Assembly (NCBI GenBank): GCA_965662175.1
Contig: CBFIGT010000065.1
Location: forward strand, 1 to 12,709
Source of the DNA: Arcobacter sp.
GTDB lineage: Bacteria > Campylobacterota > Campylobacteria > Campylobacterales > Arcobacteraceae
Length of the DNA stretch: 12,709 bases
Reading direction: 5' to 3'
The translations under genes and the position numbers were made by a program. This document shows, in pieces, positions 5,843-12,709 of this stretch. Under the pieces are notes generated by a model. That model was given only the letters and a program-made list of their open reading frames with translations, was not told where the DNA came from and made no database searches. Every line of letters begins with the position of its first letter. Position 1 is the first letter of the stretch.

Positions 5843-8534
5843 AATTAGTGAATACAAATCTCTTTTTGGGATTTTATTCACAGGTATTTTAATAATTATA
5901 TTCTACAATAAAAGTATGCTTGATAAAGAGAGATACTACCAAACAATCAATGAACTAAATAAATTAAAAGAGATAAACAGTACACTTAATGGAAATCTAT
6001 TTTTAACCCAATTTAATAGAATCAAACACTATGACTTAATAAGAAAAAATATTCAAGACTTAAATAAAAGAAGTGAAAAATTAAAAGAGTTAAGTGGTGA
6101 AATTAATTATTCAGCTTTTAAATACAATCTAAATAAATATCTAAGTAACTTAGAGGAAAAAGAGAACTCTTTAAATAATTTTATTTCTCATTTTGCAGTG
6201 TATAAAAATTTTATAGCCTATTATCCAAAACTATCAGATGATTTATCAAATAAATTTAAAGAAAAGAACAATGAGTTAGCCACTGATTTATTAAGGCTAC
6301 AAAATGCTATTTTAATCTATAACTACGATGATAAATTAAATTTTGTAAAAGTATTAGAAAAAATCTCAAAAGTAAGTGATAGCTTGGGAACTGAAGATAA
6401 AAAGGAGCTACTTTATTTAATAAACTATACAAATAAACTACTTGAAAATAAAACTATGATTGAAAACTATGTGAAGAGTTTTTTATTAATTGATTTAGCT
6501 GAAGATATTAATTTACTTATATCAAATTATGATTTTTATCAAAACTCTTTGGATATGGAGAGTAAAAAATATAACTATTTGATGATGATTTTAGTATGCT
6601 CTTTATTTTTATGGACTATTTACTTTTTTATAAATTTAAATAGAGCAAATCGTAAAACTAAAGATGCTATGAATGAGCTAAATTTTCAAAAATCTGCCCT
6701 TGATGAGCATGCTATTGTATCTATTACAGATGCAAAAGGTAATATTACTTATGTAAATGATAAGTTTTGCAAGATAAGTGGATATGAAGAGAAAGAGTTA
6801 ATTGGAAAAAATCATAGAGTTTTAAAATCAGATGAGCATGATAAGGATTTTTTCAAAACATTATGGTTTGTAATTACAAGTGGAAAAACCTGGAGAGGTG
6901 AGGTTAAAAATAGAAAAAAAGATGGAAGTTTTTACTGGGTTAGTGCAACAGTTGTTCCATTTTTGGACGAGTTTGGAAAGCCTTTTCAATATATCTCTAT
7001 TAGAACAGATATTACAAAAAGAAAAATTATTGAAGAAGATTTAATTGAAGCTAAAATAAAAGCTGATGAATCAAACCAAGTAAAAGGGCAATTTTTAGCA
7101 AATATGAGTCATGAACTAAGAACACCATTAAATGGTGTAATTGGTATGGCTCATATTGCCTTAGAGAATGAAAAAGATAAAAAACAAAAAGTCTATTTAG
7201 AAAAAATAAATGTATCAGCAAATATTTTATTAAAAATTATTAATGATTTACTTGATTACTCAAAAATAGAAGCTGGAAAACTACCTATTGAAAATATTGA
7301 GTTTAGTATAGATGCTTTACTTCAAAGTGTTGCTGATTTAGTGAGTGTAAAAGCCTATGAAAAAGATTTAGAGTTATATTTCAATAGGGATATGAGAATT
7401 CCTAAAACATTAATCGGTGATTCATTAAGAATTAGTCAAGTTTTAGTAAATATTATTGGAAACTCTATTAAATTTACAGAAAGTGGAGAAGTTTCTCTTG
7501 ATATTAAATTTTATAATTCTAAAGATAACTTAATCTATTTACAGTTTATTATAAAAGATAGTGGAATTGGAATGGATGAAAAAACATTAAAAAATGTTTT
7601 TAACTCTTTTACTCAAGCTGATGCTTCAACTTCAAGAAAATATGGTGGAACAGGACTTGGTTTAACTATTACTAAAAATTTAGTTGAGCTTATGGGTGGA
7701 ACTATTGAGGTTGAGAGTGAACTTGGATTTGGTACAAGTTTTATAGTTAGTTTACCATTTGATTATAAAGAAAATGAGCAAAATATTGATTATAATCTTA
7801 CAAAAAATGTTTATGTAAAACTTTATAAACTCTCTACTCCTATTTTAGATAGTTTAAAAAAGATATTAAGCTCTTTAAAAATAGATTATGAAGAGATTGA
7901 GTATTTGGATTTTCCTAGAAATAGTGAAAATAAATATATTGTAATAAGTGAAGAAGAAGAGAGTTTTGAAACTGATGATTCTATTTCTATTTTATATTTA
8001 AATAATCCAAATAAATCGATAAATACACCTAGAAATAATACAAAAATAATTACTAAGCCTATTAATCCATCAATAATTTATGACTCTATTTTAGAGTTTT
8101 TAAATCTTGATGAAGAGAGTTTTTCAACTTTTATTAAACAAAAAAGTAAAAGATGTCAAAATGTTGAGGTTCTTTTGGTTGAAGATAATGAAATAAATCA
8201 ATTAGTTGCAACAACATTTTTAGAGTCTTTTGGTTGCAAAGTTACCTTAGCAAACAATGGTTTAGAGGCAATTGAGTTAATCAAAGCTAATAATAGCTTT
8301 GATATTATTTTTATGGATGTACAAATGCCAATAATGAATGGTTATGATGCGACTAGAATAATTCGAAAGGAATTAAAAATGAATATCCCAATTATAGCAA
8401 TGACAGCTAATGCAATGAATGAAGATATTATAAAATCAAAAGAGGCTGGAATGGATAAACATATTGGAAAACCAATTGAGCCAAATGAGATAGAAAAAGC
8501 AATAGCAATATTTGTACTAAATAAAAGAGGTTAA
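5823..8534 (+). CDS. Hybrid sensor histidine kinase: TM - all-helical (DAHL-like) periplasmic domain - TM - PAS - HisKA - HATPase - degenerate REC - REC
   Basis: About 220-aa helical periplasmic region with HYD and F.S..AV.KN..AYYP patterns recalled as DAHL-like. PAS at aa292-398; H-box FLANMSHELRTPLNG (H430); NIIGNSIKFT; DSGIGM; FTQAD; GGTGLGL; receiver VLLVEDN...FMDVQMP (D832)...KPI. Overlaps the upstream gene by 20 nt. Confidence 0.93.
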   Translation: MTKKSFRISEYKSLFGILFTGILIIIFYNKSMLDKERYYQTINELNKLKEINSTLNGNLFLTQFNRIKHYDLIRKNIQDLNKRSEKLKELSGEINYSAFKYNLNKYLSNLEEKENSLNNFISHFAVYKNFIAYYPKLSDDLSNKFKEKNNELATDLLRLQNAILIYNYDDKLNFVKVLEKISKVSDSLGTEDKKELLYLINYTNKLLENKTMIENYVKSFLLIDLAEDINLLISNYDFYQNSLDMESKKYNYLMMILVCSLFLWTIYFFINLNRANRKTKDAMNELNFQKSALDEHAIVSITDAKGNITYVNDKFCKISGYEEKELIGKNHRVLKSDEHDKDFFKTLWFVITSGKTWRGEVKNRKKDGSFYWVSATVVPFLDEFGKPFQYISIRTDITKRKIIEEDLIEAKIKADESNQVKGQFLANMSHELRTPLNGVIGMAHIALENEKDKKQKVYLEKINVSANILLKIINDLLDYSKIEAGKLPIENIEFSIDALLQSVADLVSVKAYEKDLELYFNRDMRIPKTLIGDSLRISQVLVNIIGNSIKFTESGEVSLDIKFYNSKDNLIYLQFIIKDSGIGMDEKTLKNVFNSFTQADASTSRKYGGTGLGLTITKNLVELMGGTIEVESELGFGTSFIVSLPFDYKENEQNIDYNLTKNVYVKLYKLSTPILDSLKKILSSLKIDYEEIEYLDFPRNSENKYIVISEEEESFETDDSISILYLNNPNKSINTPRNNTKIITKPINPSIIYDSILEFLNLDEESFSTFIKQKSKRCQNVEVLLVEDNEINQLVATTFLESFGCKVTLANNGLEAIELIKANNSFDIIFMDVQMPIMNGYDATRIIRKELKMNIPIIAMTANAMNEDIIKSKEAGMDKHIGKPIEPNEIEKAIAIFVLNKRG

Positions 8535-8537
8535 CTT

Positions 8538-9836
8538 ATGAATTTTTTTAAACTTAAAGAGAATAAAACAAATGTTAAAACAGAGTTTACAGCAGGTCTT
8601 ACAACTTTTTTGACAATGATGTATATAGTTCCTGTAAATGGATTTATCCTTTCAGACGCTGGACTTCCTATGGATGCTGTTGTAACAGCCACAGCTATTA
8701 TTACAATATTAGCAACACTGTTTTCAGGACTTTGGTCTAATACACCAATTGCTATGAGTGTTGGAATGGGATTAAATGCCTATTTTTCTTATGGTTTAGT
8801 TTTAGGTATGAAAATACCTTGGCAAACAGCATTAGGTATTGTATTTATTTCAGGTATTTTATTTGTAATTTTATCTTTTACAAACTTTAGGGTTTGGATT
8901 ATGACCTCTATTCCACTCACTTTAAGAAGAGCAATTAGTGCGGGAATTGGTACTTTTATTGCTTTTATTGGATTAAAACAGATGGGAATGATAGTTGATA
9001 ATCCAGCAACATTAGTCTCTCTTGGAGATTTTTCAAAAGATACGGTTTTACTTGGAACTTTTGGTTTGATTTTAACTTTTATTCTTTTTTCTTATAAATT
9101 AAAAGGTGCCTTTATTTTCTCTATTTTAACAACTTCAATAGTAGCTTGGGTTTTAGGAATAGGGGAGTTTCCAAAAGAGATATTATCAGCTCCAGCTTCT
9201 ATTTCACCAATACTTTTAGAGTTAGATATTATGAGTGCTTTAACTTTGGCTTTATTACCTGTTGTAATTACTTTTTTAATTACAGATATGTTTGATACAT
9301 TGGGAACTTTGACAGGAGTTGGTTCTAGGGCAAATCTTTTTCAAGAGAATAATAAAAATGATAAATCACTACAAAAAACCCTTGAAGCTGATGCAATAGC
9401 AACTGTTGGAGGTTCTATATTAGGGGTTTCAACAACAACATCTTTTATAGAGAGTGCTTCAGGGGTAGAACAAGGTGGTAGAACAGGTTTAACAGCTATA
9501 TTTACAGCTTTGTTTTTTGTTACAACACTGTTTATGTTGCCTTTATTTAAAGCAATTCCATCAAATGCAATTTATCCGATTTTGGTAGTTGTTGGTGTTT
9601 TAATGTTTAGTGAATTAGGTAAAATAAATTTTGAGAAAGTTGATTTAGCAACTAGTGCTGCTTGTTTCTTTATAGTTTTACTTATGCCTTTGACATTTTC
9701 AATTACAAATGGAATCGCAGCTGGTTTTATTGTTTATAGTGTGATAAAATTAGCAAAAAATGAAAAAGAAGATTTAAATTTTGGAATTATTCTTTTAACA
9801 ATTATTTCACTATTAGTTTTTATATTACAAGGTTAA
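8538..9836 (+). CDS. NCS2/AzgA-type purine (guanine/hypoxanthine/adenine) permease
   Basis: FFKLKENKTNVKTEFTAGLTTFLTMMYI, GMGLNAYF, AGIGTFIAFIGL, DMFDTLGT, SFIESASGVEQGGRTGLTA, MPLTFSITNGI. Many TM segments. Confidence 0.94.
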   Translation: MNFFKLKENKTNVKTEFTAGLTTFLTMMYIVPVNGFILSDAGLPMDAVVTATAIITILATLFSGLWSNTPIAMSVGMGLNAYFSYGLVLGMKIPWQTALGIVFISGILFVILSFTNFRVWIMTSIPLTLRRAISAGIGTFIAFIGLKQMGMIVDNPATLVSLGDFSKDTVLLGTFGLILTFILFSYKLKGAFIFSILTTSIVAWVLGIGEFPKEILSAPASISPILLELDIMSALTLALLPVVITFLITDMFDTLGTLTGVGSRANLFQENNKNDKSLQKTLEADAIATVGGSILGVSTTTSFIESASGVEQGGRTGLTAIFTALFFVTTLFMLPLFKAIPSNAIYPILVVVGVLMFSELGKINFEKVDLATSAACFFIVLLMPLTFSITNGIAAGFIVYSVIKLAKNEKEDLNFGIILLTIISLLVFILQG

Positions 9837-9838
9837 AA

Positions 9839-10288
9839 ATGGCAGAAAAATATTATTATGGTTATGAAGAGTTTAAAAAAGATGCTCAAATTTTAGTTGA
9901 TAAGTGTAGAGTTTATGAACCAAATGTTATATTAGGAGTTGCTAGGGGTGGATTAACACTTTCTCACTTATTAGGGCAAGCTATGGATATGAGAAATGTT
10001 TTTACAATAAACTCTATTCATTATGAGGGTGAATTAAAGCTTGATACTTTTAATATCTTTAATATTCCTGATTTATCTAAAACAAAAAAAGTTTTAGTAG
10101 TAGATGATATTGTTGATAGTGGTGAAACTATGAGAGAGATTTTAAAGCTTTTAAAAGAGAAGTTTCCAAATACAGAATTTAAGTTAGCTACAATTTTTTA
10201 TAAGCCAAGTGCTTGTATAAAAGCTGATTATAGTGTGAAAATTGCAGATAAGTGGATTGAGTTTTTTTGGGAAGTGGATATTAAATAG
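9839..10288 (+). CDS. Type I phosphoribosyltransferase, xanthine/guanine (Gpt-like) purine salvage
   Basis: ILGVARGGL, PRPP-binding VLVVDDIVDSGET, WIEFFWE C-terminus. Starts 2 nt after the purine permease stop. Confidence 0.88.
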   Translation: MAEKYYYGYEEFKKDAQILVDKCRVYEPNVILGVARGGLTLSHLLGQAMDMRNVFTINSIHYEGELKLDTFNIFNIPDLSKTKKVLVVDDIVDSGETMREILKLLKEKFPNTEFKLATIFYKPSACIKADYSVKIADKWIEFFWEVDIK

Positions 10289-10372
10289 TATATAAAATAT
10301 ATATATTTAATATATCTTTATCTAATTCTTTGTATAATTATCGCAATTGTAATAAAAATATTAAGGTTATAT

Positions 10373-10633
10373 ATGACATTTATCGAATTTAAAAAGCTTC
10401 TTTTAGATGCTGAGCTATCAATTCCAAAATTTACCTCTTTGATTAAAGTTAGTGAAAAAAATATTCAAGCTTATAAAAAGAAAAAAGAGGTACCAAATGC
10501 AATAGCTGTTGCTGCTGCTTGTTTTGCTAAGATGAATAAAGATGGTATTGATTTTAGAGAATTAATTGAAGATTTAGATTTAAAAAAGAAAGAAAAAAAA
10601 GGTGCTGGTTTTTCAGCTAAAAAAGATAAATAA
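10373..10633 (+). CDS. Small basic XRE/Cro-like helix-turn-helix protein
   Basis: MTFIEFKKLLLDAELSIPKFTSLIKVSEKNIQAYKKKKEVP fits an XRE-like fold pattern. Own TATAAT at 10333-10338 and an AAGG SD. The fold call is inference. Confidence 0.6.
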   Translation: MTFIEFKKLLLDAELSIPKFTSLIKVSEKNIQAYKKKKEVPNAIAVAAACFAKMNKDGIDFRELIEDLDLKKKEKKGAGFSAKKDK

Positions 10634-10649
10634 TTCATTAATCTTATTT

Positions 10650-10658
10650 TGATATAAT
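10650..10658 (+). promoter_or_regulatory. Extended -10 (TGATATAAT) for the DUF423-channel pair, embedded in a long inverted repeat (10648-10684)
   Basis: Perfect TGnTATAAT; GGAG SD at 10672-10675; ATG at 10684. Confidence 0.6.
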
Positions 10659-10683
10659 TCCAAAAAATTTTGGAGTTTATCAA

Positions 10684-11088
10684 ATGATTATTAATAAAAA
10701 TACAAAAACTTTTCTTTTTATTGCTTCCCTTATGATGGCAATAGTTATAGGAATAGGTGCTTTTGGAGCACATGGCTTAAAAGCCACAAATGACGAATAT
10801 ATGATGGCTATATATAACACAGGTGTTCAATACCACTTTTATAATACCTTAGGTTTATTTGCTGTTGCTTTTCTTACATATTTATTACCAAAGTGCAAAA
10901 AAATTGTTTTTTCTGGATATTTACTTATTCTTGGTACTTTAATATTCTCTATTTCACTTTATATGTTAGTTTTATTAAAGTTATCTTGGCTTGGAGCTAT
11001 TACACCAATTGGTGGGACTCTTATGATTGTAGCTTGGTTAATTATTGCATTCACACTATTAAAGGAGATTAAAGTTGAGCACAATTGA
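10684..11088 (+). CDS. DUF423 (YgdD/YwdK/TMEM256) family membrane protein
   Basis: GAFGAHGLK, TGVQYHFYN, G.LIFS.SLY, LGAITPIGG..MI.AW. Four hydrophobic segments. Confidence 0.93.
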   Translation: MIINKNTKTFLFIASLMMAIVIGIGAFGAHGLKATNDEYMMAIYNTGVQYHFYNTLGLFAVAFLTYLLPKCKKIVFSGYLLILGTLIFSISLYMLVLLKLSWLGAITPIGGTLMIVAWLIIAFTLLKEIKVEHN

Positions 11089-11875
11089 GAAAATTGAACA
11101 AATTAGAGACTCTAAATGGTTTTCTAATTTAACCACAGCTATTATTATACTTTATGCCTCAATTTTAGGTTTTAAAACAGTTGATGAAGTTGAAACAAAC
11201 TATCAGCTATTTTTACAGTTTGCTGATTATTTTGTAACTATATATTTCGTTTTTGAGATAGCTATAAAAATGGTAGCTGAAAAAAAGTTTACAAACTTTT
11301 TTAAAAATGGTTGGAATGTATTTGATTTTGTAATAGTTTTTATAACACTTTTACCACTAGAACAATCAGGATTTGCAGCTATTGCTAGGCTTTTAAGAGT
11401 ATTTAGGGTTTTAAGACTATTTACAGCAAGGCCTGAACTAAAAGCAATTATTGATATGTTAATCAAAGCAATCCCTGCAATAATTGATATTGTAATACTT
11501 ATGTTTATTATTTTCTATATTTATGCGATTATTGGGAATTTCTATTTTGAAAAATTACCATCAGGTCTTTGGGAAAATTTCCTAATCTCTATGTTAACAC
11601 TATTTAGAGTTCTTACATTTGAAGATTGGACAGATGTTATGTATGAAGCTATGGAGGTTTATCCTTGGGCTTGGGCATATTTTGTTTCATTTGTAATTAT
11701 TGCTGCTTTTGTGTTTTTCAATCTTTTTGTGGCTGTTATTATTGGAGAGATGCAAAAACTCCAAGAGGCTGAGATGAAAGAGGAGATTCATGAAGATCAT
11801 ATGAAACTTGATATTTTATTGAGTGAAATAAAAGCTTTAAGGGAAGAGGTTAAAGATTTAAAACAAAAAGAGTAA
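11075..11875 (+). CDS. Bacterial voltage-gated cation channel (BacNav-like, 6TM)
   Basis: S2 F..E, FFKNGWNVFDF (S3), S4 RLLRVFRVLR (R105/108/111/114), pore TLFRVLTFEDWTDVM, S6 NLFVAVII, C-terminal coiled coil. TTG start with AAGGAG SD; overlaps DUF423 by 14 nt. Confidence 0.94.
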   Translation: MSTIEKIEQIRDSKWFSNLTTAIIILYASILGFKTVDEVETNYQLFLQFADYFVTIYFVFEIAIKMVAEKKFTNFFKNGWNVFDFVIVFITLLPLEQSGFAAIARLLRVFRVLRLFTARPELKAIIDMLIKAIPAIIDIVILMFIIFYIYAIIGNFYFEKLPSGLWENFLISMLTLFRVLTFEDWTDVMYEAMEVYPWAWAYFVSFVIIAAFVFFNLFVAVIIGEMQKLQEAEMKEEIHEDHMKLDILLSEIKALREEVKDLKQKE

Positions 11876-11894
11876 GATTTTTCTTACTCTTTTT
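11865..11894. terminator. Bidirectional intrinsic terminator between the convergent channel and upp genes
   Basis: Perfect 13-bp inverted repeat AAAAAGAGTAAGA-TTTT-TCTTACTCTTTTT, with A/T tails on both sides, overlapping both stop codons. Confidence 0.8.
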
Positions 11895-12513
11895 AGTTTG
11901 TATTAAAAGCTCTATCTCCAGCATCACCAAGGCCAGGTCTTATATAATTATTCTCATCTAATCTTTCATCCACTTGAGCAATAAAAATATCCACATCGCT
12001 ATGAGCTTCTTGTACTTTTTTTATACCCTCAGGAGCTCCCAATATATTTAAAGAGATAATCTTTTTAGCCCCTTTTGATTTAAGATATGTAATTCCATCA
12101 ATTAGTGAACCACCTGTTGCAACCATAGGGTCAAGTAAGATTACTGTTTTATTATCAAGTGATGGAATATTTTCATAAAAAAGCTTACTTAAAGATGTTT
12201 TTTCATCTCTTTTCATAGCTAGAAAACCACTTTTTGCATAGGGTAATGTTCTTAAAATACCCGTAAGCATAGGCTCACCAGCTCTTAATATTGGAATAAG
12301 AACTAATTTTTGAACCTCAATAACTTCAACATCCAAAGGACCTTGCCAAGTCTGTATATTTGTTGTAATTGTTTTAAAATCAGCCAAGGCTTCAGATACT
12401 AAAATTCTTGATATCTCTTCAATAGTAAGACGAAACTCATTTGATGTAGTTCTTACATCTCTTAGTTTGTTTATAAGATGTTTTACAACTATATTTGAAC
12501 TCTCTTTATACAT
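11893..12513 (-). CDS. upp: Uracil phosphoribosyltransferase
   Basis: LRD..T...EFR, IPILRAG, RDEKT, LLDPMVATGGSL, APEGI, DERLDENNYIRPGLGDAGDRAFNT. AGGA SD at 12524..12521. Confidence 0.97.
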   Translation of the reverse strand: MYKESSNIVVKHLINKLRDVRTTSNEFRLTIEEISRILVSEALADFKTITTNIQTWQGPLDVEVIEVQKLVLIPILRAGEPMLTGILRTLPYAKSGFLAMKRDEKTSLSKLFYENIPSLDNKTVILLDPMVATGGSLIDGITYLKSKGAKKIISLNILGAPEGIKKVQEAHSDVDIFIAQVDERLDENNYIRPGLGDAGDRAFNTN

Positions 12514-12644
12514 ATTATATTCCTATTTTTTTGATAAATTTTTAAAAATAATATCCAAAAAGCACTTATATACTCTAGGGATTTTTACATAAGATTAAAT
12601 AAAACTTAGATATTATGGTTAAATATTTTTTACTAAGAGGACTT

Positions 12645-12709
12645 ATGAAACCTACAGATTATAATTTTAGATTAAAAGACTCTATTTTAGGCTTACAGTT
12701 TTTGTTTGT
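12645..12709 (+). CDS. uraA: N-terminus (partial, runs off window) of a UraA-like uracil/xanthine permease
   Basis: Reads MKPTDYNFRLKDSILGLQFLF(V). ILGLQFLFV matches the TM1 start of UraA-type permeases. GAGGA SD at 12637-12641; divergent from upp. Confidence 0.7.
   Translation, partial: MKPTDYNFRLKDSILGLQFLF

Noticed and set aside
10471..10773. 100-aa minus-strand ORF
   Set aside because: Overlaps two better-supported plus-strand genes and their promoter; no family motif.
11227..11466. 79-aa minus-strand ORF
   Set aside because: Entirely antisense to the well-supported channel gene.
12514..12644. Possible PyrR attenuator or riboswitch between upp and the UraA-like gene
   Set aside because: No convincing stem-loops or PyrR-binding motif; only ordinary -10-like and SD elements.
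1..12709. CRISPR array, tRNA/rRNA, IS or prophage/defence genes
   Set aside because: No spaced repeats, structured GC-rich RNA segments, transposase, integrase or nuclease motifs; intergenic gaps are all about 130 nt or less.

Overview
Very AT-rich, gene-dense bacterial chromosomal segment. The gene set, the HQWRQPL kinase H-box and the TG/GG-n-TATAAT promoters suggest Campylobacterota, most likely Arcobacteraceae (inference). Left to right: N-terminus of a probable SAM methyltransferase (-), secreted retropepsin-like (RimB/RimK-associated family) protease, orphan Cache-PAS histidine kinase, aat (-), DUF6172 protein and ARMT1/DUF89 phosphatase (-). Next is a tightly coupled run of di-heme cytochrome c peroxidase-like protein, DAHL-PAS hybrid histidine kinase, AzgA-like purine permease and purine phosphoribosyltransferase. 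Then come a small HTH-like protein, DUF423 protein, a bacterial voltage-gated (BacNav-like) channel, upp (-) and the start of a UraA-like permease. No RNA genes, mobile elements or CRISPR arrays were seen. The best candidate for an under-described system is the peroxidase-like/hybrid kinase pair: the peroxidase lacks the classical distal His loop and overlaps a kinase with an all-helical periplasmic sensor and an FAD-type PAS domain, suggesting a periplasmic peroxide/redox-sensing module. Also notable are the channel's acidic TFEDWTD filter and a hairpin covering the promoter and RBS of the DUF423-channel pair. Family assignments come from motif recognition by eye; no searches were run.
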